A stretch of DNA of 61,393 bases, counting the filler. It is 7 parts of 7 records of this genome, joined end to end, with 100 filler letters (N's around TTAATTAATTAA, not from the genome) between each part and the next. Parts side by side here need not be neighbours in the genome. Positions count along the whole stretch, not along the records: positions 15,423 to 22,516 come from SRR20825010_6746; positions 22,617 to 25,818 come from SRR20825010_6754; positions 25,919 to 34,939 come from SRR20825010_6757; 4 more parts are not named here. One strand, written 5' to 3'. Both the position numbers and the translations under genes were made by a program. The notes below the pieces were generated by a model. It was not told the DNA's origin. It did no database searches and saw only the letters and a program-made list of their open reading frames with translations. How positions within the stretch are numbered: position 1 is the stretch's first letter; every line of letters begins with the position of its first letter. Below are positions 17,482-25,919 of this stretch, one piece after another.

Positions 17482-18883
17482 CCGTTCTGGCCGCATCTGG
17501 GCGATGCGCCCGGATGAAATGATGATCGCGCAAGCGGTACGGGGGCGCGAAGCGCTGCGCGGCGCGACTGCCATGTCCGGGCCGGGGGACGTTCTGGACG
17601 GGTCGGATTTTGCGCGGGTGCACGACGGGGTTGCCGTGATCCCGGTGCGCGGACTGCTGATGCGGCAGATGTCGTGGTTCTTCTGGTCATACGAGGAAAT
17701 CGCGCGAGACGTGGCTCTGGCGCAGGCATCGGATGAGGTCCGCGCCATCGTGCTGGACATCGATAGCGGCGGCGGACTGGTGGCGGGCGCGGACGATTGC
17801 GCGCGGGCCATCCGGGCGTCCGGACCAAAGCCGGTTGCCGCCTTTGTCGGCGGGGTCGCCGCTTCTGCTGCCTACTACCTCGCCTCTGCGGCGGAGCGGA
17901 TCACGGTGGGGTCAGGCGCGCTGGTCGGGTCCATCGGCACGGTGATCGAATACATCGACGTGGAACCGATGATGGAGGCCATGGGCGCGCGGATTGTGCG
18001 GGTTGTGGCGGAGCAGTCGCCGAACAAGCGGCTGGACCCGGCCAGCGCCGAGGGCAAGGCCGAATTGCAGGCGCTGGTGGATGCCAGCGGGCGCGAGTTT
18101 GTCGAGACAGTTGCCGAAATGCGCGGCCTTTCAGCGGATCAGGTGCTGGACCGGTTTGGTCAGGGCCTTGTCTTCGACGGCGATGAGGCGCTGACGCGCG
18201 GCATGGTCGACGGGCGCGGCACGTTGGCCGGCATGGTTGCGGAGATCGCAGAGCGAGATGCCCAGCCGGTTGGCGGGGTGATCGGTCGCGCCGGGAAACA
18301 GACAGGTGCGGGGCTGGCGGCCCGGACCAATGACAACGCGGGCGCCGCCACCGCAGCAAAGGAGACTTCCATGAACTGGGAAGATCTGACCATGGCCCAG
18401 CTGCGAGAGCATCGGGCCGATCTGGTGGAGGGTATCGAGAGCGCGGCGCGCACCGCTGCTACCACCGAAACAGAGGCTGCCGTCACGGCGGGCGTCGATG
18501 CGGCGTTGACCACCGAGCGCACGCGGGTTGCCGCCATCGATGAAATCGCCCGTCCTGGCGCCGAGGCACTGGTTGCCCAGGCGAAGGCCGAGGGCTGGGA
18601 CGCCGGTCAGCTCGCGCTGGAGATGGTGAAGGCCGACAAGGCGGCAGGTGCCGGGTTTGTCGCAGATCTGGCCGAGGCTGACGCCGGTGCGGCAGTGGCG
18701 GCTGTCAAGCCCGCGACCACTGAAGGCGCGGGTGCGGGCGCGACGGCAGAAGAAAAGGCCGAGGCGGATTGGGATCGCAACGCGGACCTGCGCGCCGAGT
18801 TCGGCGGCGACAAGGCCAGCTATCTGGCTTTCGTCAAGGCGGAGGCGGGTGGCCGCGTCCGCATCTTGAAACCGGCGCGCTGA
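17471..18883 (+). CDS. S49-family head maturation protease (lambda gpC-like) with C-terminal scaffold region
   Basis: IVLDIDSGGG, AASAAYYLASAA and GSIG S49 motifs; GGAG SD before ATG 17471; Ala-rich C-terminal third. Confidence 0.9.
   Translation: MQVDRSGRIWAMRPDEMMIAQAVRGREALRGATAMSGPGDVLDGSDFARVHDGVAVIPVRGLLMRQMSWFFWSYEEIARDVALAQASDEVRAIVLDIDSGGGLVAGADDCARAIRASGPKPVAAFVGGVAASAAYYLASAAERITVGSGALVGSIGTVIEYIDVEPMMEAMGARIVRVVAEQSPNKRLDPASAEGKAELQALVDASGREFVETVAEMRGLSADQVLDRFGQGLVFDGDEALTRGMVDGRGTLAGMVAEIAERDAQPVGGVIGRAGKQTGAGLAARTNDNAGAATAAKETSMNWEDLTMAQLREHRADLVEGIESAARTAATTETEAAVTAGVDAALTTERTRVAAIDEIARPGAEALVAQAKAEGWDAGQLALEMVKADKAAGAGFVADLAEADAGAAVAAVKPATTEGAGAGATAEEKAEADWDRNADLRAEFGGDKASYLAFVKAEAGGRVRILKPAR
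18371..18883 (+). CDS. Putative nested in-frame scaffolding protein (Nu3-like)
   Basis: AAGGAG at 18359-18364 lies 6 nt before an in-frame ATG at 18371, giving a 170-aa Ala/Glu-rich product (MNWEDLTMAQLRE..ERTRVAAID). Confidence 0.6.
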   Translation: MNWEDLTMAQLREHRADLVEGIESAARTAATTETEAAVTAGVDAALTTERTRVAAIDEIARPGAEALVAQAKAEGWDAGQLALEMVKADKAAGAGFVADLAEADAGAAVAAVKPATTEGAGAGATAEEKAEADWDRNADLRAEFGGDKASYLAFVKAEAGGRVRILKPAR

Positions 18884-18912
18884 TCGCCCGCTGAAACACA
18901 GGAGCAAGAGAC

Positions 18913-19356
18913 ATGACAACTCTCGCAGCAGACAGCCCGCGTCAGTACGCGCCGGGCGACCAGGAAGCCTATCCGGTGATCGCGGCTGACGTGATCTACG
19001 AGGGCGCGGCAGTGGGCGAAAACGCCTCTGGCTATTCGCGCCCGTTGCAGGCGGGCGACCCGTTCCAGGGTTTTGCCATCGAGACCGCCGACAACGCGGC
19101 GGGGTCGGCAGGTGACATCGATGTCACGGTGAAAACCAAAGGCCGGGTCAAGCTGGCGATCTCTGCGCTGGCGATCACAGCCAACGACCGCGCGCCGGTT
19201 TACGCCAGCGACGACAACACGTTCACGCTGACCCGTGGGTCGAACAGCCTGATCGGCGTCGTCTCGCGCTGGGTGTCCACCGGCTATGCGATCGTCGAAT
19301 TCGACGCGGCATGGATGCCGATCCACGAGAGCGCAGTGACGCTCGGCACGGCCTGA
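18913..19356 (+). CDS. Probable capsid decoration/cement protein
   Basis: 147 aa between protease and capsid; IYEGAAVG..YSRPL..FQGFA..VYASDDNTFTLT pattern of genes preceding gpT capsids; AGGAG SD. Confidence 0.65.
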   Translation: MTTLAADSPRQYAPGDQEAYPVIAADVIYEGAAVGENASGYSRPLQAGDPFQGFAIETADNAAGSAGDIDVTVKTKGRVKLAISALAITANDRAPVYASDDNTFTLTRGSNSLIGVVSRWVSTGYAIVEFDAAWMPIHESAVTLGTA

Positions 19357-19383
19357 TAGGCCTTTGCACTGAAGGAGACAGAT

Positions 19384-20334
19384 ATGTCTGCAAACAAAGG
19401 CCTTTCGTCCCGGGCCATCATCGGGGACTTTTATCTGGCCTATGAGGGGCTGGTATCCGCATCGTGGCTGGACAGCGTGTCGATGACGTTCGAGTCGGAT
19501 CAGGAGGCAGAGACCTACAAGTGGCTGGGTCAGTCGCCGGGCATGACTGAATGGAAGGGCGGTCGTCTGATCGACGGTCTGCGCGAAAACGGCGTGACCA
19601 TCACCAATGTTCACTGGGCCAACGGCATCGGTATCCCGATTTCGTGGATCCGACGCGACAAGACGGGCCAGATCCGGCAGCGGATTGGCGAGTTGGCCGA
19701 CGCGGCCTTCGATCACCGGCACGAGCTGGTTGTGAATATGATCGACGGCGCGGAAACGCTGGTCTGCTATGACGGCCAGTATTTCTTCGATACCGATCAT
19801 ACCGAGGGGGACAGCGGCACCCAGTCGAACGATCTGGCGGTCGACATCAGCGCGGTGCCTGCGGCGGTTCACGGTTCGACTACGGCACCGTCGCCGGAAG
19901 AGGTGCGCGCGATGGTCCTGCAGTGCGTGCAGGCCATCCTTGGGTTCAAAGACGACAAAGGGCGTCCGATGAACCGCCGCGCCCGCGATTTCACCGTCAT
20001 GGTGCCGATGGGCTACTTCGATGCTGCTGCGACTGCGCTGACCAGTCCGTTGCTGGGCGGTGGTGACACCAACGTCATGACCAATCTGCCGGGCTACAAC
20101 TTCAACCTGGTAGTGGAGCCGTCTCTGTCGTGGACCACCAAGCTGGCGGTGTTTCGCAATGATGGCAGCGCCAAGCCGCTCATCTGGCAGCAGGAAACCG
20201 ACATCGCAATGAAGGCGAAGGCGGAGGGGTCGGCGGAAGAGTTCGACAACGATCGCTGGACGTTCGGGGCTGACTACTGGGCGAACTGCGGACCCGGTTT
20301 CTGGCAGCACGCCTGCATGGCGACGGCGACCTGA
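19384..20334 (+). CDS. Major capsid protein, Mu-like gpT family
   Basis: ETYKWLGQSPGMTEWKGGR, CYDGQYFFDTDH, KPLIWQ and GFWQHA motifs; AAGGAG SD. Confidence 0.88.
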   Translation: MSANKGLSSRAIIGDFYLAYEGLVSASWLDSVSMTFESDQEAETYKWLGQSPGMTEWKGGRLIDGLRENGVTITNVHWANGIGIPISWIRRDKTGQIRQRIGELADAAFDHRHELVVNMIDGAETLVCYDGQYFFDTDHTEGDSGTQSNDLAVDISAVPAAVHGSTTAPSPEEVRAMVLQCVQAILGFKDDKGRPMNRRARDFTVMVPMGYFDAAATALTSPLLGGGDTNVMTNLPGYNFNLVVEPSLSWTTKLAVFRNDGSAKPLIWQQETDIAMKAKAEGSAEEFDNDRWTFGADYWANCGPGFWQHACMATAT

Positions 20335-20336
20335 TC

Positions 20337-20678
20337 ATGGTCCCTGTCGTTGTGATCAAAGCAGAGGGGGCCGCAGTGCGCGGCCCCTGCATGCTGAAAC
20401 TGACGCGGGAACAGTGGGCGCGGCGCGTTTCTGTTCTGGGTCCGGTACCGGACCGGATGAAGCGCATCCAACTGGATGGCGGCCAAATGCTGGCGTTCAA
20501 ATACGGCGAGACGTTCGAGATCGGCGAATTCGAGGGCAAGTTGAACCCCGCCATTTTCGAGCGGACGGATGTCGAGGAAGAGGCACAGGGCGGTGGCTCT
20601 GATGCGCCCGACACTGACGCGCCGGACCCGACCGACGGCACGGACCCGAATGATGACCAGGCGGAGCTGCCGTCGTGA
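20337..20678 (+). CDS. Hypothetical phage protein with acidic tail
   Basis: 113 aa, 2 nt after the capsid stop and overlapping the next gene (GTGA). Confidence 0.7.
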   Translation: MVPVVVIKAEGAAVRGPCMLKLTREQWARRVSVLGPVPDRMKRIQLDGGQMLAFKYGETFEIGEFEGKLNPAIFERTDVEEEAQGGGSDAPDTDAPDPTDGTDPNDDQAELPS

Positions 20679-20980
20679 GTTTCACCACCGATGCCGGGGC
20701 CATTTTCGACGGTCCGTTGGGCGTCGATGCAACCTACACGCCGGACGGGGGCAGTGCTGTTCCCGTCCGCGTGATCCCGGATCTGGCCGATTCATCGGAC
20801 AGGTTTGGCGCGGCCAGCTTTCGCTCTGCCTCGGCGCGCTTCTGGCTGTTGGTGGCGGATGTGGCCGCCCCGGTCGCAGGTGATACGCTGACCGTCGATG
20901 GTGCAACCTACACGGTGCAAGGTGCGCCGGTCCGCGATGAACGCCGCCTGAAATGGCGTATCGAGGCGCGTCCCGAGTGA
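20675..20980 (+). CDS. Head-tail joining protein (gpFII-like)
   Basis: 101 aa; DATYTPDGG..VPVRVI..PVAGDTLTVDGATYTVQGAPVRD; expected position in the module. Confidence 0.75.
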   Translation: MSFTTDAGAIFDGPLGVDATYTPDGGSAVPVRVIPDLADSSDRFGAASFRSASARFWLLVADVAAPVAGDTLTVDGATYTVQGAPVRDERRLKWRIEARPE

Positions 20981-21618
20981 AACTGCGGATCGTACAGGAA
21001 GACGACTTCGACAAGATGGTCGATGCCGACCTGAAGCGGATGGAGCGCGCGCATGGCCGGGCTATGTGGACGATGGCCGATTCCGTCAAAGCGGCTTGGC
21101 GCAGCGAAATTGCCGCGGCGGGTCTGGGGACAAAGCTGGGCAACACGGTGCGCGCCGAGGCCTACCCCAAAAGGAGCGGCGGCAGCCTGAATGCGGCGGC
21201 CCTGGTCTGGACCAAAGCGCCGCACATCCTTGCCTCGCATGATGAGGGGACCGTGATCCGGTCCGCTGACGGTGGCTGGCTGGCGATCCCGCTGCCTGCC
21301 GCCGGGCGGGGCCGGTTCGGTCGCAAAATGACGCCGGCAGAATATGAGCAGCGCACCGGGCAGCAGCTGCGGTTCGTCTACCGCAGGGGCCGCAGCGCGC
21401 TGTTGGTCGCGGATGATGCCCGGTTGACGAAAAAGGGGCAAGCGCGCCGAAAGGGGGGGCGTCGCCGCAAGGACGGCATCCTGTCCGGATCGCAGACCGT
21501 GCCGGTCTTTGTCCTGATGCCACAGATCAGGATGCGCAAACGCACCGATTTGCTGGGGGTCGCGGACGCGCAAGCGGCGCGTATTCCCGGATGGATCGCA
21601 GAGTGGGAGGCCGATTGA
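20977..21618 (+). CDS. Phage neck/tail-completion protein (DUF6441-like)
   Basis: GLGTKLGNTVR..SLNAAALVWTKAP..WLAIPLPAAG..TVPVFVLMPQ; GTG start overlaps the upstream stop. Confidence 0.7.
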   Translation: MKLRIVQEDDFDKMVDADLKRMERAHGRAMWTMADSVKAAWRSEIAAAGLGTKLGNTVRAEAYPKRSGGSLNAAALVWTKAPHILASHDEGTVIRSADGGWLAIPLPAAGRGRFGRKMTPAEYEQRTGQQLRFVYRRGRSALLVADDARLTKKGQARRKGGRRRKDGILSGSQTVPVFVLMPQIRMRKRTDLLGVADAQAARIPGWIAEWEAD

Positions 21619-21619
21619 C

Positions 21620-22045
21620 ATGGCGGACAGCGACATCGAGGCTCGCCTATTGGCACTGCACACATTGCTGGACGGCGCCGTCACTGGCGGCGTCCAGCGC
21701 AACGAGGTGACCCCGCGCGAGATACCGGCGGCAGGCCTGGTGATCATGCGTGACGGGCGGCCAGAGGTTGTCGATGTCACCATGCCGCGAACCTATCACC
21801 TCGACCACGATGTCGAGGTCGAGTTCTACGCGCAAGCGGCCTCTGGCCGCGAAGCCGTCACCGACGCGCGGCGGCAAGAGGCAGGCGCGGCCATCGACGC
21901 AGATCGCACGCTCGCCGGGCTGTGCGACTGGGTCGAGGCCCTGCCAATCGAAAGCGACGACCTGCGTGTCGAGGGTGGCGAGGGCATCCGCCTCGACACG
22001 ATCCGCGTCACCCTGTCCTACGCCACAACCAACCCTTTGACCTGA
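21620..22045 (+). CDS. Probable tail terminator (gpU-like)
   Basis: 141 aa; IPAAGLVIMRDG..ADRTLAGLCDWVEA..LSYATTNPL; immediately precedes the tail tube gene. Confidence 0.65.
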   Translation: MADSDIEARLLALHTLLDGAVTGGVQRNEVTPREIPAAGLVIMRDGRPEVVDVTMPRTYHLDHDVEVEFYAQAASGREAVTDARRQEAGAAIDADRTLAGLCDWVEALPIESDDLRVEGGEGIRLDTIRVTLSYATTNPLT

Positions 22046-22057
22046 CGGAGGCCAGAC

Positions 22058-22516
22058 ATGGCACGAGCAAGAGGCGAACGGCACCAGTCGGCGGCCGTTT
22101 TCGAGGCGACCGAGAAGACGACACCGGGCAGCGGGTTTTTCACCCTGCCGGTGATGAGCAACGGTCTGGCGCTGGAACAGGGCCTGATCGAGGATGACAT
22201 CGTCGGCACCCGCGATCCCGGCGACGCGGATCTGGACAACCCGGTTGTCTCGGGTGACGTCGGCATCCCGGTCGATGTCGAGGCGTTGGGGTTCTGGCTC
22301 AAATCTCTGCTGGGCGCGGCCTCGACCACCGATGACACCGGCGTCTACACCCACGTCTTCACCTCTGGCGGCTGGTCGCTGCCCAGCTTTTCCATCGAAA
22401 AGCAACTGCCCGATGTGCCCAGCTACGAGATGTTCTCTGGATGCCGGTCGAACCAATACCGCATGTCGGTGCAACGCGGCGGGCGGCTGAACGCTACGGT
22501 CGGTGTGATCGGGCAG
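22058..22516 (+). CDS. Phage tail tube protein (3' truncated)
   Basis: MARARG..FE..TPGSGF..GFWLKSLLG..YTHVFTSGGWSLPSFSIE; GGAGG SD. Confidence 0.8.
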
Positions 22517-22616
22517 NNNNNNNNNNNNNNNNNNNNNNNNNNNNNNNNNNNNNNNNNNNNTTAATTAATTAANNNNNNNNNNNNNNNNNNNNNNNNNNNN
22601 NNNNNNNNNNNNNNNN
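22517..22616. other. Artificial contig junction
   Basis: N spacer with ttaattaattaa. Confidence 0.98.
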
Positions 22617-22618
22617 TT

Positions 22619-23407
22619 ACCGAACCCGCTTATGAGTCACTGGACGATGCCACTGCAGAAGCCTCACTCAGTAGCCAGGCGCAGGAACACAAAGCCTTCA
22701 GTCGCTGGCTGGAGCGCAACACCCACCCTCATCGGATACCGGGTTATCGAATTGTCACCCTGTCACTAAAACCCACTGGTGTTGCCCCCGGCGATGTAAC
22801 GGACAGTCAGCTGGAAGCAATCGCCGATCTGGCAGATCAGTATTCCTTCAGTGAAATTCGTGCCACCCATAATCAGAACCTTGTCTTGGCAGACGTCAAA
22901 AAATCGGATTTGTTTGCCCTCTGGCAAAAAGCCAAAGTGGCCGGTTTTGCCACACCCAATATCGGCACCCTGACCGACCTGATCTGCTGCCCTGGAGGGG
23001 ATTTTTGCTCACTGGCCAATGCTAAATCCATCCCTGTGGCTGAAGCTATCCAGCGCCGCTTCGATGATCTGGACTACCTCTATGATCTCGGCGACCTGAC
23101 ACTGAACATATCAGGCTGCATGAACGCCTGTGGCCACCACCATGTTGGCAATATCGGGGTACTCGGCGTCGATAAAAAAGGCGAGGAGTTCTACCAGATT
23201 CAACTGGGAGGCAGGGCTGGCACAGATGCCGAACTGGCCAACGTGCTGGGGCCTTCTTTCGGCCGTGAAGAAATGCCCGACGTCATTGAGAAAATTCTCA
23301 ATGTGTATTTACAAAACCGCCGCGGGGATGAACTGTTTATAGACACCTGTCGCCGCATTGGTCTCGATCCCTTCAAGGAGAGCGTCTATGCCAAAAATCA
23401 TCATTAA
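22619..23407 (+). CDS. cysI: Sulfite/nitrite reductase hemoprotein, C-terminal part (5' truncated)
   Basis: Frame is open from the contig edge (TEPAYESL..SLKPTGVAPGD); siroheme/4Fe-4S ligands CCPGGDFC and ISGCMNACG; followed by DUF934. Confidence 0.9.
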   Translation, partial: TEPAYESLDDATAEASLSSQAQEHKAFSRWLERNTHPHRIPGYRIVTLSLKPTGVAPGDVTDSQLEAIADLADQYSFSEIRATHNQNLVLADVKKSDLFALWQKAKVAGFATPNIGTLTDLICCPGGDFCSLANAKSIPVAEAIQRRFDDLDYLYDLGDLTLNISGCMNACGHHHVGNIGVLGVDKKGEEFYQIQLGGRAGTDAELANVLGPSFGREEMPDVIEKILNVYLQNRRGDELFIDTCRRIGLDPFKESVYAKNHH

Positions 23408-23876
23408 GGACAAAATTGTCGATGACAAATGGGAGGTTCTCCCCAAAGTATTTCTGGGCGAACCCCCGGTCAACAAACTCCTTTTACTGCCCATGAAGTA
23501 CTGGCTGGAACACTCAGAGAATCTCCGTTTACCCGTACTCGGTATCTGGATAGACAGTGATGAAGAAGTGGAAGACATCGGCGAGAAAGCGAATATGTTT
23601 CCGGTCATTGCCATTAATTTTCCCTCATTTACCGATGGACGTGGTTTTACTGCCGGCCGGCTGCTACGCGAGCGCTATGGCTACAATGGGCAGCTGCGCG
23701 CTATAGGCCATGTCATCCGCGATCAGTTATTCTATCTGAAGCGCTGTGGCTTCGATGCTTTTCAGCTCAGAGAAGGCACTAACCTGGAAGAAGCACTGAA
23801 ATCCCTGAATGATTTCAGCGTTACCTATCAGGGTGATGCGGACGACCCCAACCCACTATTCCGTCGCAACGAGTAA
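23388..23876 (+). CDS. DUF934 family protein (CysI partner)
   Basis: FPSFTDGRGF..LLRERYGY.GQLRAIG..RDQLFYLKRCGFDAF; AAGGAG SD. Confidence 0.92.
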   Translation: MPKIIIKDKIVDDKWEVLPKVFLGEPPVNKLLLLPMKYWLEHSENLRLPVLGIWIDSDEEVEDIGEKANMFPVIAINFPSFTDGRGFTAGRLLRERYGYNGQLRAIGHVIRDQLFYLKRCGFDAFQLREGTNLEEALKSLNDFSVTYQGDADDPNPLFRRNE

Positions 23877-24012
23877 GCTTTATGTCTGGCCTCAACACGG
23901 CAGTAGACATTAATCCTGACGTGTTAAACAGCCTCCCTGACATTACGTAACCGTCAGACAGGCTTGTCGCTCCAGAATCCATCACGCACAATACGGATTC
24001 TGGAGTGGTTCT

Positions 24013-25179
24013 ATGTCCGAAACGGTTTTTCAATCGTTCTTTCTGATCTTCACTGGCTCTGCCATTATCGCCTCCATGGCGATCTTTGGCCGGCAGCCAC
24101 TACTGGTCGCCTATATCACACTGGGGGCATTGATTGGCCCCTACGGTCTTGGCTGGGTACAGGACGTGCATCTGCTGTCCGAGATCTCAGAAATCGGCAT
24201 TATTTTCCTGCTGTTTCTACTGGGCCTCGACTTGCAACCCAAATCTCTGCTCCGAGCCTTCAGGAAAGTTACAGTGGTAACGCTGATCAGTTCGTTAATC
24301 TTCGCCTGTGCCGGCTACCTGATTGCCCGACTGTTTGACTTCACAACGACCGAATCTCTGATCATCGGTGCTGCGATGATGTTTTCCAGTACCATCATTG
24401 GTATCAAGTTGTTACCCACGACAATCCTTCATCATCGCCATATCGGCGAGATGATGATCGGTCTGCTTCTAATGCAGGATTTTCTCGCCATTTTTGTATT
24501 ATTGGTGCTGCTGAGTGGCGATGGCGGGCAGATTAATATCACACAAATCGGTATTACCCTGCTCGCTCTCCCCCTGTTGATACTGCTTGCCTGGGGGTTC
24601 GTACGTTGGGTATTGCTCAAGCTAATCGCCAAGTTCGATCAGATGGGTGAGTATATTTTCCTGCTGGCCATCGGCTGGTGCATGGGATTATCTGAACTGG
24701 CAGAGGTACTTGGCCTGTCGCGGGAAATCGGTGCCTTTCTGGCAGGTATCACGATCGCTTCAAGCCCAATCTCTCAGCACATTGCGCTAACACTGAAACC
24801 TCTGCGGGACTTCTTTCTAATCATGTTTTTCTTTTCCCTGGGTGCCGGCTTTAATCTCGGCTTATTACCGGAAATCGCTCTCGCAGCGGCGACACTTGGG
24901 GTAACCATGCTGATTCTAAAACCCTTGATATTCCGAGTCCTACTCGAACGCCAGAGCGAGAAGAAGGTACTGGCCTGGGATCTCGGTTTTCGGCTTGGGC
25001 AAATCAGCGAGTTTTCCCTGTTGATCGCCTACGTCGCCTTTAATGCTTCACTGATAGGCGTCATGGCGTCACACCTGATTCAGGCTGCAGCCATATTGAC
25101 CTTCCTAGTCTCCAGTTACATTGTCACATTCAACTTCCCCAACCCGATCGCGGTGAGCGAAAAACTCCGACGCAATTGA
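24013..25179 (+). CDS. Cation:proton antiporter, CPA2 family
   Basis: Multi-TM 388 aa; GIIFLLFLLGL, FSSTII, LLMQD, LRDFF and GQISEFSL. Confidence 0.9.
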   Translation: MSETVFQSFFLIFTGSAIIASMAIFGRQPLLVAYITLGALIGPYGLGWVQDVHLLSEISEIGIIFLLFLLGLDLQPKSLLRAFRKVTVVTLISSLIFACAGYLIARLFDFTTTESLIIGAAMMFSSTIIGIKLLPTTILHHRHIGEMMIGLLLMQDFLAIFVLLVLLSGDGGQINITQIGITLLALPLLILLAWGFVRWVLLKLIAKFDQMGEYIFLLAIGWCMGLSELAEVLGLSREIGAFLAGITIASSPISQHIALTLKPLRDFFLIMFFFSLGAGFNLGLLPEIALAAATLGVTMLILKPLIFRVLLERQSEKKVLAWDLGFRLGQISEFSLLIAYVAFNASLIGVMASHLIQAAAILTFLVSSYIVTFNFPNPIAVSEKLRRN

Positions 25180-25203
25180 CCAGGCTTAAAAGAGTTGCAT
25201 TGA

Positions 25204-25818
25204 TCAAACGGAGTAACGACTGTTACACAACCGGTTCCACCACCTGAGTAACAGATTGTCCACCCTATTTTCCGCGGCAAGCCCCAATTTTTCAGGCAAA
25301 GACTTGTGATGCAGGTAACTGACCTGATAAATATCCGCCTGATTTGAACGATCAACCAGGTACTCATCACTGGTCATGAGCTCGTCCACCAACGATTCCT
25401 CAAGCGCTCGGGTACCCAGCCAGACCTGCCCCGTAGCAATTTTGTCGATATCCAGATCTTTTCTGTGGCTACCAACAAAATTTTTGAACAGATCATGGAT
25501 TTCCTGAATATCCTCAATAAATTTTTCCCGTCCCTCATCGGTGTTCTCGCCAAACATCGTCAGTGTCCGCTTGAATTCACCGGCGGTGTGTAATTCCACA
25601 TCGACATCGTGTTTTTTAAGCAATCGGTTAAAGTTGGGTAGCTGGGCAACCACACCGATAGAGCCAATCATGGAAAAAGGAGCCGCGAGAATCTTGTCTG
25701 CCACGCAAGCCATCATGTAACCGCCACTGGCAGCTATTTTGTCAACACAAACCGTGAGCGGAATACCCCTTTTCTTGATGCGATCAAGCTGGCTGGCGGC
25801 CAGACCATAGCTATGCAC
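25204..25818 (-). CDS. sohB: Protease SohB (S49), 5' truncated
   Basis: HSYGLAASQLDR, DKIAASGGYMMACVA, GSIGVVAQLPNF and TAGEFKRTLT. Confidence 0.93.
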   Translation of the reverse strand: MHSYGLAASQLDRIKKRGIPLTVCVDKIAASGGYMMACVADKILAAPFSMIGSIGVVAQLPNFNRLLKKHDVDVELHTAGEFKRTLTMFGENTDEGREKFIEDIQEIHDLFKNFVGSHRKDLDIDKIATGQVWLGTRALEESLVDELMTSDEYLVDRSNQADIYQVSYLHHKSLPEKLGLAAENRVDNLLLRWWNRLCNSRYSV

Positions 25819-25918
25819 NNNNNNNNNNNNNNNNNNNNNNNNNNNNNNNNNNNNNNNNNNNNTTAATTAATTAANNNNNNNNNNNNNNNNNNNNNNNNNN
25901 NNNNNNNNNNNNNNNNNN
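25819..25918. other. Artificial contig junction
   Basis: N spacer with ttaattaattaa. Confidence 0.98.
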
Positions 25919-25919
25919 C

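Larger units (their letters stand above)
15423..22516 (+). mobile_element. Prophage (siphovirus-like) head-tail morphogenesis module, partial
   Basis: Co-oriented, overlapping terminase end, gpW, portal, S49 protease, decoration, capsid, head-tail connectors and tail tube. Confidence 0.92.

Noticed and set aside
21620-22045. Acyl-CoA transferase label often given to this family
   Set aside because: It is too short, has no CoA-transferase motifs, and its position indicates a tail terminator
16327-22474. Long minus-strand ORFs across the phage module (494, 496, 291 and 275 aa)
   Set aside because: Shadow ORFs caused by high GC codon bias. The plus strand carries coherent phage genes with SD sites
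15423-22516. Gene transfer agent (RcGTA-like) cluster
   Set aside because: RcGTA uses an HK97-type portal, protease and capsid. Here the portal and protease are lambda-type and the capsid is gpT-like, so a prophage fits better
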